A stretch of DNA of 64,000 bases from Macrostomum lignano (taxonomy: Eukaryota), in assembly GCA_002269645.1 (NCBI GenBank), contig NIVC01001716.1, forward strand, positions 62,001 through 126,000, written 5' to 3'. This document shows positions 37,701 to 50,545 of this stretch, one piece after another. Position 1 is the stretch's first letter; each line of letters opens with the position of its first letter. The position numbers and the translations under genes are program-made. The notes beneath the pieces were generated by a model, which saw only the letters and a program-made list of their open reading frames with translations, did no database searches and was not told where the DNA came from.

Positions 37701-40700
37701 GAATCGAAGTTAATAGTGAATAACAATGTTATCAATCTCCCTAATATATGATTGTTGTTAAATGGCTGCTAGAGACTGGTGTTGCAACGGGGAGAATTAA
37801 AGCAGCTAAAAGGAGAAAGCCTGGAGTTCCCGTTTGAATTCTTCATAACCGGTGCATTGCATGGGTCGGCCGGTAGAGAGCAGCGAATTCGGTCGGAGAT
37901 TCAGCAAACGCAGGCGGATTTAGACGAGGGAAGGGGAGGGGGTAGTGGCAGCGCGTGGAGAAGGGGATAAAAATCCTCCCTTGGGAGAAGCAGCCGGGAA
38001 ATTGAGAAAGAGAAATGGGAGAGGGAGAGAAAGAAAAAAGACGAGAGGACGGCTTAAGACGACTCAGTCTGACTTGGGAAGGAAATGCGCTGGCTACGAA
38101 AACCTGGGAGCTTTACTCTTCATCGTATATATATTTTTTGCCTCGCCAGCCTCCCTCCCTCCCTGTAGCTGTCGGCTGTCGCCTGAGCTTTCTTCTGGGC
38201 TGGCGGGCTAGAAGCCTCCACCAGCCGTTCCGATACGCCTCTCGCCTCGGCTCCAGCCCGACGGGCGGTAATTAAGTGTTAATTTCGGGAGCACGCTGCC
38301 CGCTAGCCCCTACCCGGATGGGAGGTCCAGATTAAAACTGCCAATCTATCTAAGCTGCAGTTCGAACCAAGCCCGAGAGGGGGAGCGAGCTGTTGCCACA
38401 GCCTCAACATTTATTACGTTTTAGTAATTTTCAGCGTTGTGAATCGCGGATTTTAGCTGATTTGAAAACTTAGAATGCTAATATGAATGTTTGCTGATTT
38501 GCAACGCTTGCTGTCAGTGGGATGGGATATTTGCTGTGTATGTGATGGGGATATTTGCTGTCAGTGGGATGGGATATTTGCTGTGTATGTGATGGGGATA
38601 TTTGCTGTCAGTGGGATGGGATATTTGCTGTCAGTTGTGATGGGGATACTTGCTGTCAGTTGTGATGGGGATATTTGCTGTCAGTGAGATGGGGATATTT
38701 GCTGTCAGTGGGATGGGGATATTTGCTGTCAGTGGGATGGGATATTTGCTGTGTATGAGATGGGGATATTTGCTGTCAGTGGGATGGGATATTTGCTGTG
38801 TATGAGATGGGGATATTTGCTGTGTCTGAGATGGCGATATTTGCTGTGTATGAGATGGGGATATTTGCTGTCAGTTGTGATGGGGATATTTGCTGTCAGT
38901 GAGATGGGGATATTTGCTGTCAGTTGTGATGGGGATATTTGTTGTCAGTGGGATGGGATAATTGCTGTGTATGAGATGGGGATATTTGCTGTCAGTTGTG
39001 ATTGGGATATTTGTTGTCAGTGGGATGGGATATTTGCTGTGTATGAGATGGGGATTTTTGCTGTCAGTTGTGATGGGGATATTTGCTGTCAGTTGTGATG
39101 GGGATATTTGCTGTCAGTGGGATGGGGATATTTGCTGTCATTGGGATGGGATATTTGCTGTCAGTTGTGATGGGGATATTTGCTGTCAGTTGTGATGGGT
39201 ATATTTGCTGTCAGTGGGATGGGGATATTTGCTGTCATTGGGATGGGATATTTGCTGTCAGTTGTGATGGGGATATTTGCTGTCAGTTGTGATGGGTATA
39301 TTTGCTGTCAGTGGGATGGGGATATTTGCTGTCAGTGGGATGGGATATTTGCTGTCAGTTGTGATGGGGATATTTGCTGTCAGTTCTGATGGGGATATTT
39401 GCTGTCAGTGGGATGGGGATATTTGCTGTCAGTGGGATGGGATATTTGCTGTGTATGAGATGGGGATATTTGCTGTCAGTTGTGATTGGGATATATTTGC
39501 TGTCAGTGGGATGGGGATATTTGCTGTCAGTGAGATGGGGATATTTGCTGTCAGTGGGATGGGATATTTTCTGTCAGTTTTGATGGGGATATTTTCTGTC
39601 AGTGGGATGGGGATATTTGCTGTCAGTGGGATAGGGATATTTGCTGTCAGTGAGATGGGGATACTTGCTGTCAGTTGTGATGGGGATACTTGCTGTCAGT
39701 TGTGATGGGGATATTTGCTGTCAGTGAGATGGGGATATTTGCTGTCAGTGGGATGGGGATATTTGCTGTCAGTGGGATGGGATATTTGCTGTGTATGAGA
39801 TGGGGATATTTGCTGTCAGTGGGATGGGGATATTTGCTGTCAGTGGGATGGGGATATTTGCTGTGTATGAGATGGGGATATTTGCTGTCAGTGGGATGGG
39901 GATATTTGCTGTGTATGACGCTCCGCACCCACCGGAACACGTAGAGGCCTGGCAGGGGACCGCCGTAGTCCAAGTTGAACACCTGATGCGGATTAAGCAG
40001 CTTGCGAAACGCTGTGACCAGCTCGATGCCCTGACAGCCGCCGCTCTTCACGTTAACCAGCACCAGCACTGGGGTGATGCCGTCCGGTATCATCTCCGGG
40101 TGCAGGTGCGGCAGCGGCAGCACCAGCAACGGTTTGTCATCGAACCATTGGTCACGTAGTACACTGTAAGCCTGCTGCAGGCGAGCTGCGCTTCGGTACA
40201 CGAGCACTAATGCGCCGTACTCGTAGTAGATAACGTCGATACTGTCCCACTTGTTCTCTGGGCAATGGGAGATCAGATAGAACTCATGGTAAGGAACCAT
40301 TATCGAAATTACTCCAACATGCAATTTAGATTTGAAAAAATCTTAAACTTCAATTGGTCTTCAAGTCGCGACTCGATCTCAGGACCTTCTCAGATATACG
40401 CATAAGCCTCAACTCAACTGGTCATTTATCAGTCTTACACGTACGTGAGAATCGAACTCGGGACCTTATCAGTTTTACACGCACGTGAGAATCGAACTCG
40501 GGACCTTATCAGTTTTACACGTACGTGAGACTCGAACTCGGGACCTTATCAGTTTTACACGTACGTGAGAATCGAACTCGGGACCTTATCAGTCTTACAC
40601 GTACGCGAGAATCGAACTCGGGACCTTATCAGTCTTACACGTACGCGAGACTCGAACTCGGGACCTTATCGAGTCTTACACGTACGTGAGACTCGAACTC

Positions 40701-43700
40701 GGGACCTTATCAGTTTTACACGTACGTGAGAATCGAACTCGGGACCTTATCAGTCTTACACGTACGCGAGAATCGAACTCGGGACCTTATCAGTCTTACA
40801 CGTACGCGAGACTCGAACTCGGGACCTTATCAGTCTTACACGTACGCGAGACTCGAACTCGGGACCTTATCAGTCTTACACGTAAGTGAGACTCGAACTC
40901 AGGACCTACTCAGTTTTAATGTAACATAATAATAATTGATAACTTCAGTAAATATTTTTTCTCCGATTTTCACATAAAAATCGAACTCAGGACCATCCTT
41001 AGGAGAACCAAAACACCATAAAATTCTTACCTGGTCCCAATTTCTCAAGCAGAATTTTCTCGTAAACCCGTTGCGACATGCCGTTCATCAGATTGCCGAC
41101 AAACATAGCGGCGCCGGACGGGGCGACGCCTCGCGAATCGGTCAACGACTGTACATGAAATCTAGTCAGGCGGTATTGCCGAACAGAGTCGCGCCTGATG
41201 GCGGCCAGCAGCGGCAAAAGTCGCTCCTCGCGCGGCAGCGGTCGCTGAGTGACAGTTCGGTCTAGGCTGACTTCAACCAGCTCCAGCGTGGCCGGATCCG
41301 TGCCCTCGGCCGAGCGCATCCGCTTAGCCGACGAAACCAGCGCGTCGCCGGCGGTGGTGTCCGGGCCGACGGTAACGTCAACGCCGCGACCCCGGCCGGG
41401 CAGGCCGATCGGGTAGACCCGGATAACGGCCGGCTCGGAGCTGCTGGCCGAGCTGCGATAGCGCAGGATCACCGCCGGCCGTCTGGAATCGTAGCGGAAC
41501 TGCTGCCGGACAGGTGAGGCCTCATCTAGCGGCCGCTCGCCGCAGTCCTTCTCCGAGTATTCGTGCACGGTGTACCGGTTGGCGTCTTCGGCCATGTTGT
41601 AGGCCCGCAGGGAGCTCTCCGTCAGCTGAGCAACCGTCGTGCCGCGCTGGATGCCTACCAGGCGGTACAGCCGGCGCTGCGCCGAGTAGTTGCCGTCGAA
41701 CACCTGCAGGTGGGGGGAGAGAGCAGCTCAGCGGTAAACTTGTCTGAGCCTCATTTGGCCGAGGGGTGTCATGAGATTCACACTCACGAGGGCCAACCCC
41801 TAAGGCACAGTGAAGCAGGGGAGTTGCCACCAGGGGGGGACGAGGGGACATGTCCCTCAAGTAAAAGCTATGGTGGGACATGCCAATGCTTTCCCCCCCC
41901 CCCACCTTGTGCCTTGTTGTGAAAACCAATAATATTACTTCAGGTCGCCAAAATATAGCGCCTGAGGCGCCAAAATGAGTACTTAAGGCGCCAAAATGAG
42001 TGCCTGCGGCGCCAAAATGAGTGCCTGCAGTGCCAAAATGAGTGCCTGCGGCGCCAAAATGAGTGCCTGCAGTGCCAAAATGAGTGCCTGTAGTGTCAAA
42101 ATGAGTGCCTGTAGTGTCAAAATGAGTGCCTGCGGCGCCAAAATGAGTGCCTGCAGTGTCAAAATGAGTGCCTGCAGTGCCAAAATGAGTGCCTGCGGCG
42201 CTAAAATGAGTGCCTGACGTGCCAAAATGAGTGCCTGCGGCGCCAAAATGAGTGCCTGAGGCGCCAAAATGAGTGCCTGAGGCGCCAAAATGGTGCCTGC
42301 GGCGCTAAAATGAGTTTCTGCAGTGCCAAAATGAGTGCCCGAGGCGCCAAAATGAGTGCCTGCGGCGCCAAAATGAGTGCCTGAGGCGCCAAAATGAGTG
42401 CCTGAGGCGCCAAAATGAGTGCCTGCGGCGCTAAAATGAGTGCCTGAGGCGCCAAAATGAGTGCCTGAGGCGCCAAAATGAGTGCCTGCGGCGCTAAAAT
42501 GAGTGTCTGCAGTGCCAAAATGAGTGTCTGCAGTGCCAAAAATGAGCAAAACAACGATTCTCAATGTCCTACAGTGTGTACATGTAGGATAGGAATTTTC
42601 TTATGCATGTACATGTAGAATTGTTGGCTTTGTCCCCCCACCATAAAATCCATGGGCAACGCCCCTGCAGTGAAGCGTACATGCCTGGCGAAGTGTCAAT
42701 TTTACCTTCACGAGGTCCTCGTTGCCGGCGTCCGATTTGTCTTTCTGGCCGGGCCGCCTGCCCTGCGCCTGCTGCGGCTGGTCCAGGCCGGAGGCGCCGC
42801 CGATTGCCGCAGCGTCATCGCCGCGGGCCGAGTCTCCGCCGCTGCTGGACCAGTCCTCGCTGATGGTGCGGGCTGCGCCAATGGGAATTAAGGGCCGATG
42901 ATTGCAGCGGGATTCGAACTTATAACTTTTACTCACTGCCTGTCTTGTCTAAGGTGTGAGAGCACTTGAGAGTGCGAGTACTCATTGACATTCCAACCCT
43001 CCCTGATTGACATTCCAACCCTCCCTGATTGACATTCCAACTCTCCCTAATTGACATTCCAACTCTCCCTGATTGACATTCCAACCCTCCCTGATTGACA
43101 TTCCAACTCTCCCTGATTGACATTCCAACCCTCCCTGATTGACATTCCAACTCTCCCTGATTGACATTCCAACTCTCCCTGATTGACATTCCAAATCTCT
43201 CTGATTGACATTCCAACTCTCTCTGATTGACATTCCAACCCTCCCTGATTGACATTCTAACCCTCCCTGATTGACATTCCAACCCTCCCTGATTGACATT
43301 CCAACTCTCCCTGATTGACATTCAAACTCTCTGATTGACATTCCAACCCTCCCTGATTGACATTCCAACTCTCCCTGATTGACATTCAAACTCTCTGATT
43401 GACATTCCAACTCTCCCTGATTGACATTCCAACTCTCCCTGATTGACATTCCAACTCTCCCTGATTGACATTCCAACTCTCCCTGATTGACATTCCAACT
43501 CTCCCTGATTGACATTCCAACTCTCCCTGATTGACATTCCAACCCTCCCTGATTGACATTCCAACTCTCCCTGATTGACATTCCAACCCTCCCTGATTGA
43601 CATTCCAACTCTCCCTGATTGACATTCCAACCCTCCCTGATTGACATTCCAACCCTCCCTGATTGACATTCCAACCCTCCCTGATTGACATTCCAACTCT

Positions 43701-46700
43701 CCCTGATTGACATTCCAACTCTCCCTGATTGACATTCCAACCCTCCCTGATTGACATTCCAACCCTCCCTGATTGACATTCCAACCTTCCCTGATTGACA
43801 TTCAAACTCTCTGATTGACATTCCAACTCTCCCTGATTGACATTCCAACTCTCCCTGATTGACATTCCAACTCTCCCTGATTGACATTCAAACTCTCTGA
43901 TTGACATTCCAACTCTCCCTGATTGACATTCCAACTCTCCCTGATTGACATTCCAACCCTCCCTGATTGACATTCCAACTCTCCCTGATTGACATTCCAA
44001 CCCTCCCTGATTGACATTCCAACCCTCCCTGATTGACATTCCAACCTTCCCTGATTGACATTCAAACTCTCTGATTGACATTCCAACTCTCCCTGATTGA
44101 CATTCCAACCCTCCCTGATTGACATTCCAACCCTCCCTGATTGACATTCCAACTCTCCCTGATTGACATTCAAACTCTCTGATTGACATTCCAACTCTCC
44201 CTGATTGACATTCCAACTCTCCCTGATTGACATTCCAACTCTCCCTGATGACACACTTTCTACACACACTATTAAAGAAAATCTTGCACAACAATAGACT
44301 TTTGTGCTTGTTTGGGTGCATAGCGTATGTAGCGACAGTGCATTGGCAGGTGCATGTGCGCCTATCTAAACGGTGCGTGAATTAGGCCTGCATTTTCTAA
44401 CCCCCATCCTCAATCTCCCCGATGAAGCCATTGATAACAATGGCAATCTTGAATGCCAGGGTTGACATTGACACGCGGATAACAAAGATTAAAGTATATG
44501 TGTAGAAAAAAACCATATTTCAGGACAGACTATCAGACACTCAAGAAGTAAATAACATCAACTCTAAAGCTAAGAGGAACATGTGTAAGTATTTGAAATT
44601 TCAATATTCAATAACAAATGATAAAATAATTAGTCAATAAGGAAATGTGGAAGACAAACAGCAAAAACTAGTCATAGAGACAGAGACTAGCCATAGAGAC
44701 AGACACTAGCCATAGAGACAGACACTAGCCATAGAGACAGACACTAGCCATAGAGACAGACAATAGCCATAGAGACAGAGACTAGCCATAGAGACAGACA
44801 CTAGCCATAGAGACAGACACTAGCCATAGAGACAGACAATAGCCATAGAGACAGACACTAGCCATAGAGACAGACACTAGCCATAGAGACAGACAATAGC
44901 CATAGAGACAGACACTAGCCATAGAGACAGACACTAGCCATAGAGACAGACACTAGCCATAGAGACAGACACTAGCCATAGAGACAGACACTAGCCATAG
45001 AGACAGACACTAGCCATAGAGACAGACAATAGCCATAGAGACAGAGACTAGCCATAGAGACAGACAATAGCCATAGAGACAGACACTAGCCATAGAGACA
45101 GAGACTAGCCACAGAGACAGACACTAGCCACAGAGACAGACACTAGCCATAGAGACAGAGACTAGCCATAGAGACAGACAATAGCCATAGAGACAGACAC
45201 TAGCCATAGAGGCAGACACTAGCCACAGAGACAGACACTAGCCACAGAGACAGACACTAGCCACAGAGACAGAGACTAGCCCAGAGGCACTCCAGGGAGA
45301 CAAAAGCAGACTCAGACCAGAGCAAAAAGCTCGCACAGGCAGCTGGCTTACCTGGCAGGGCGGCTAGAGATTATCGCACGGGAAAAAATCGAAGTGGGTT
45401 TTCTTTGTCACACAAGTTGCGGTTGGCTTCTGGCCAGGCTTTTAATCGCTTTTCATGTACGTGAAGAAATCAATCAAAATCAAACAAAGATAGACAATGG
45501 TTTAATATAAAGAATAACTAATAACTAAATATAAAATGCTTCGATAAAGTCAAGTAAATAATATAAAGTAAAAGCTAATCGTTAAAATAGTTTCCTATCT
45601 GTTTAACAAGTAAAAAAATCATGCAACAAACTATACCCGACTCTAACTATAAGAAATAGTAACTAAAATGCCCTAAATTAAACAATAAAATATCTGATAC
45701 GTTGACGCAGTGGTGTAGCAGCCACCGCTGTACTTACATTTTACAGCACACCAGTCCTAGGTTAACAGCACACCAACCCTAGGTTTACAGAACACCAGCC
45801 CTAGGGACACAGCACACCAACCCTAAGTTTACAGCACACAAACCCTCGGTTTACAGCACAATAGAACTAGGTTTACAGCACAGAAGCCCTAATTTTACAG
45901 CACACCAGCCCTAGGTTTACAACACACCAACCCTAGGTTTACAGCACACCAACCCTAGGTTTACAGCACAGCAGCCCTAGGTTTACAGCACACCAACCCT
46001 AGGTTTACAGCACACCAACCCTAGGTTTACAGCACACCAACCCTAGGTTTACAGCACACCAACCCTAGGTGTACAGCACACCAGCCCTAGGGTCACAGCA
46101 TACTTATTAAAAGATACGCATGCTGTATGCCAATCACCATTATATAAAAAACAAAAATCCAATAACTTAAAAACCATGCTTTAGTACTTTCAATGCGTTA
46201 CGCTTTAGCGTCAGAAACACCAGTGCAGGACTCACAGGTATTCCTGCGCTGCAGTCCGAAGATCTTGTCCAGCGGAATGTCCGTCCTGGGCAGGGTGACC
46301 GCACTTGGCGGCAGAAGGATTTCGCCCAGGATGCCAAAGTTGCAGTCGAGCGGCACCGCCCGGTAGCAGCCGGCGTGAGCGGTGAGGCCGCACCATTCGC
46401 AGCGGTAGCCGCTGAGGCACTCGGAGCTCCAGCAGGTGCGCTTGCAGACGGCGCACTTGGAGTTGCCGGGCAGGTTGCCCTCCCGCCAGTGATGGTAATG
46501 ATTCTTTGAAGGACAGGTGAGGCGGGATGTCTTTGCTTCATTGGGATGGACTGACGACCAGTCAAGGAGAGGTTCTGCACCAGCCCGAGGAGGGTTGAGG
46601 ACCGGCCTGAAGGGGTTGAGGACCGGCCTGAATGGGTTGAGGACCGGCCTGAAGGGGTTGAGGACCGGCCTGAAGGGGTTGAGGACCGGCCTGAAGGGGT

Positions 46701-49700
46701 TGAGGACTAGCCTGAAGGGGTTGAGGACCGGCCTGAGGGGGTTGAGGACCGGGCTGAAGGGGTTGAAGACGAGTCTAAAGAGATTGAGGACAAGCTAGCC
46801 AAGCTACCTAGCAACCTGAAGGTTGAATACCTGAAGGAGGTTTGAGGGCCACTCTGAGGCTAAATGTATGGGCAAACCGAGTTCAAGAGACTGGATTACA
46901 AATGGACGTAAATAGCTGCAAAAAGAACCTTATAAATGATATCGACTGAATCATTGATATTTGACTGAATTTCAAATTGGAAAGCAGTCTTATGCTGTAA
47001 GAATAGAATCAGAAATAGCCAGATGCCATCGCACTCACCTGATGAGTGCCCGGATAAAACGTGGCGCACTCTTTGCAGTCGTTAGTGACAAAATCCTGAC
47101 ACTCCAGGTGGCAATAGTACTCGCAGACTGGAAATAGGGAGAAGACAAAGCAAGTGCAAAGCATTTGGAACCCACTTGTATTGATTTTTCCGATCTCTAC
47201 TTTTAGGCATGGTCTTTTGATGCTATAGTCAAAGAAACTGATGACAGATAAAGGATGGAAAGAGAAATACAGAGCGCCAAATGGAAGTTTAATGCAAATG
47301 GGTTTCGATTTATGTCTTGGTGTCATTTTCTGACTTTTGTAGAACGAAAGGGAGAGAGGAAGGAGAGACAGGAAGGAGAGACAGGAAGGAGAGAGAGGAA
47401 AGAGAGATAGGAAGGAGAGAGAGGAAGAAGAGAGAGAGGAAGGAGAGAGAGGAAGAAGAGGGAGAGGAAGGAGAGAGAGGAAGAAGAGGGAGAGAGAGGA
47501 AGGAGAGAGAAAAGGAGAGAGAGGAAGGGGAGAGGGAGAGAGAGGAAGAAGAGAGAAAAGAGAGAGAGGAAGGAGAGAGAGGAAGAAGAGAGAGAGGAAG
47601 GAGGGAGAGGAAGAAGAGGGACAGAGAGAGGAAGGAGAGAGAAAAGGAGAGAGAGAGAGGAAGAAGAGGGATAGAGAGGAAGGAGAGAGAGAGGAAGGAG
47701 AGAGAGAGGAAGGGGAGAGAGGAAGAGAGAGAGGAAGGAGAGAGAGGAAGAAGAGAGAGGAAGGAGAGAGAGGAAGAAGAGAGAGGAAGAAGAGAGAGAG
47801 GAAGGAGAGAGGGAGAGAGAGGAAGAAGAGAGAGAGGAAGGAGAGAGGGAGAGAGAGGAAGAAGAGAGAGAGGAAGGAGAGAGAGGAAGAAGAGAGAGAG
47901 GAAGGAGAGAGAGGAAGAAGAGAGAGAGGAAGGAGAGAGAGGAAGAGAGAGAGGAAGGAGAGAGAGGAAGAAGAGAGAGAGGAAGGAGAGAGAGGAAGAA
48001 GAGAGAGAGGAAGGAGAGAGAGTAAGAAAAGAGAGAGGAAGGAGAGAGAGGAAGGAGAGAGAGGAAGAAGAGAGAGAGGAAGGAGAGAGAGGAAGAAGAG
48101 GGACAGAGAGAGGAAGGAGAGAGAAAAGGAGAGAGAGAGAGGAAGAAGAGGGATAGAGAGGAAGGAGAGAGAGAGGAAGGAGAGAGAGAGGAAGGAGAGA
48201 GAGAGAGGAAGGAGAGAGAAAAGGAGAGAGAGAGGTAGAAGAGGGATAGAGAGGAAGGAGAGAGAGAGGAAGGGGAGAGGGAGAGAGACGAAGGAGAGAG
48301 AGGAAGAGAGAGAGGAAGAAAAGAGAAAAAAGAGAGAGGAAGGAGAGAGAGGAAGAAGAGAGAGAGGAAGGAGGGAGAGGAAGGAGAGAGAGGAAGAAGA
48401 GAGAGGAAGGAGAGAGAGGAAGAAGAGAGAGAGGAAGGAGAGAGAGGAAGAAGAGGGAGAGGAAGGAGAGAGAGGAAGAAGAGGGAGAGAGAGGAAGGAG
48501 AGAGAGGAAGAAGAGGGAGAGAGAGGAAGGAGAGAGAAAAGGAGAGAGAGGAAGGGGAGAGGGAGAGAGAGGAAGAAGAGAGAAAAGAGAGAGAGGAAGG
48601 AGAGAGAGGAAGAAGAGAGAGAGGAAGGAGAGAGAGGAAGAAGAGAGAGAGGAAGGAGAGAGGAAGAAGAGAGAGAGGAAGGAGGGAGAGGAAGAAGAGG
48701 GACAGAGAGAGGAAGGAGAGAGAGGAAGAGAGAGGAAGAAGAGGGATAGAGAGGAAGGAGAGAGAGAGGAAGGGGAGAGAGGAAGAGAGAGAGGAAGGAG
48801 AGAGAGGAAGAAGAGAGAGGAAGGAGAGAGGGGAAGAAGAGAGAGGAAGAAGAGAGAGAGGAAGGAGAGAGGGAGAGAGAGAAAGAAGAGAGAGAGGAAG
48901 GAGAGAGAGGAAGAAGAGAGAGAGGAAGGAGAGAGAGGAAGAAGAGAGAGAGGAAGAAGAGAGAGAGGAAGAAGAGAGAGAGGAGAGAGAGGAAGAAGAG
49001 AGAGAGGAAGGAGAGAGAGTAAGAAGAGAGAGAGGAAGGAGAGAGGAAGAAGAGAGAGAGGAAGGAGAGAGAGGAAGAAGAGAGAGAGGAAGGAGAGAGA
49101 GGAAGAAGAGGGACAGAGAGAGGAAGGAGAGAGAAAAAGAGAGAGAGAGGAAGAAGAGGGATAGAGAGGAAGGAGAGAGAGAGAGGAAGGAGAGAGAGAG
49201 GAAGGAGAGAGAGAGGAAGGAGAGAGAGAGGAAGGAGAGAGAAAAGGAGAGAGAGAGGAAGAAGAGGGATAGAGAGGAAGGAGAGAGAGAGGAAGGGAGA
49301 GAGAGGAAGGAGAGAGAGAGAGGAAGAGAGAGAGGAAGAAGAGAGAAAAGAGAGAGAGGAAGGAGAGAGAGGAAGGAGAGAGAGGAAGAAGAGAGAGAGG
49401 AAGGAGAGAGAGGAAGAGAGAGAGGAAGAAGAGAGAAAAGAGAGAGAGGAAGGAGAGAGAGGAAGAAGAGAGAGAGGAAGAAGAGAGAGAAGAAGAGAGA
49501 GGAAGAGAGAGAGAGGAAGAGAGAGAGGAAGGAGAGAGAGGAAGGAAGAGAGAGAGGAAGGAGAGAGAGGAAGAAGAGAGAGAGAAGAGAGAGAGAGAGA
49601 GAAGAGAGAGAGGAAGGAGAGAGAGGAAGAAGAGAGAGGAAGGAGAGAGAGGAAGAAGAGAGAGGAAGAGAGAGAGAGAAGAGAGAGAGGAAGGAGAGAG

Positions 49701-50545
49701 AGGAAGAAGAGAGAGGAAGGAGAGAGAGGAAGAAGAGAGAGGAAGAAGAGAGAGAGGAAGAAGAGAGAGAGGAAGAGAGAGAGAGAGAGAGAAGAAGAGA
49801 GAGAGGAAGGAGAGAGAGGAAGAAGAGGGAGGAGAGAGAGGAAGGAGAGAGAAAGGAGAGAGAGGAAGAAGAGGAAGAGAGAGGAAGGAGAGAGAAGGAG
49901 AGAGAGAGGAAGAGAGAGAGAGGAAGGATAGAGAGAGGAAGGAGAGAGAGAGGAAGGGGAGAGGGATAGAGAGGAAGGAGAGAGGAAGGAGAGAGAGGAA
50001 GGAGAGAGGAGAGAAGAAGGAGAGAGAGGAAGGAGAGAGAGGAATGAGATCAATAGGCGAGCAATAGGAAAAAGGGCGCAGAGTGGAAGTGGAAGGAGAA
50101 GGAGAGCACAGAAGCAGCAGACAGAGTCGTCGCGCTCACTCTCGCATCGCACAGCCGCAAAATCTTCCAATCGTTTGCGGCAGACGTTGCAAAATTTGCG
50201 CTTAAAATGTCCCGGATCGCTCCAACAGTGGGAGATTGGCACCATGACCAGACTTGGGGCCAGAGTGGAACAGGGCGACAGCACGGATTTCAGGCAGCGA
50301 TCGTGCACCGTGAAGGAGCACAGGCTGCAGGTGAAGCCCTGAGACAGCAGGCCCCAGAGCATCTCGGCGCAGTGATGGCAGTAGGTTGGCCGGTGGAAAG
50401 TTCTCTTAATGAAGCTGTGGCCGTGGCCGGCAGAGTATTCTGGCTCGGCGGATTCCCAGGCATCTGTGCCGCCGTTTCTGTCCGAGGCGTCCATTGGAGA
50501 GGCCTCGTTGTCTGGGGAGGCGGCTGCCTCGGCGGCGGTTGACAT
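31712..50545 (-). CDS. DGKQ: Diacylglycerol kinase theta (type V; dgk-1 like); exons 50545-50140, 47127-47039, 46503-46236, 42872-42706, 41703-41031, 40257-39933, 37273-37031, 35865-35732, 34452-34109, 33740-33657, 31897-31712; 972 aa
   Basis: Three C1 domains ([17 protein letters not shown]; [17 protein letters not shown]; [17 protein letters not shown]), RA-like region, catalytic [26 protein letters not shown], accessory [34 protein letters not shown]; all 10 introns GT/AG and phase-consistent. Confidence 0.95.
31905..32120. repeat. 29-bp minisatellite, DGK intron 10
   Basis: Unit CTGAGGATCTGGGAGGCTGGCTGCTTAGT. Confidence 0.9.
32795..33215. repeat. 24-bp minisatellite, DGK intron 10
   Basis: Unit GTGAGCAGACATTGTGAGCAGTGT. 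Confidence 0.95.
33795..34095. repeat. ~40-bp minisatellite, DGK intron 9
   Basis: Unit CAGTGGGGCAGAGGGACAGACAGCCACCCCACTCC(N). Confidence 0.9.
34840..35480. repeat. Bipartite 23-bp then 22-bp minisatellite, DGK intron 8
   Basis: CACCCATACTTAGCACTCCCGTT switching to CGCCCATACTTATTAACCCTGT near 35125. Confidence 0.95.
35965..36962. repeat. 26-bp minisatellite, DGK intron 7
   Basis: Unit CTGACTAACAGCTGAGTATCTCATGA. Confidence 0.95.
37325..37610. repeat. ~16-bp degenerate minisatellite, DGK intron 6
   Basis: Unit GGAGCTCATAGGGACT. Confidence 0.8.
38505..39917. repeat. ~24-bp minisatellite, DGK intron 6
   Basis: Unit GATGGGGATATTTGCTGTCAGTGG and variants. Confidence 0.95.
40425..40915. repeat. 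40-bp minisatellite with tRNA T-arm-like core, DGK intron 5
   Basis: On -: GTAAGACTGATAAGGTCCCGAGTTCGAGTCTCACGTACGT. Confidence 0.9.
41960..42545. repeat. 21-bp minisatellite, DGK intron 4
   Basis: Unit AAAATGAGTGCCTGCGGCGCC. Confidence 0.95.
42985..44250. repeat. 22-bp minisatellite, DGK intron 3
   Basis: Unit CCCTGATTGACATTCCAACTCT. Confidence 0.95.
44670..45285. repeat. 19-bp minisatellite, DGK intron 3
   Basis: Unit CTAGCCATAGAGACAGACA. Confidence 0.95.
45745..46100. repeat. 22-bp minisatellite, DGK intron 3
   Basis: Unit ACCAACCCTAGGTTTACAGCAC. Confidence 0.9.
46585..46790. repeat. 21-bp minisatellite, DGK intron 2
   Basis: Unit GGGTTGAGGACCGGCCTGAAG. Confidence 0.9.
47345..50040. 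repeat. ~2.7-kb polypurine (GA-rich) tract, DGK intron 1
   Basis: Almost exclusively G/A on +, built from GAGAGAGGAAG(A/G)A variants. Confidence 0.98.
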
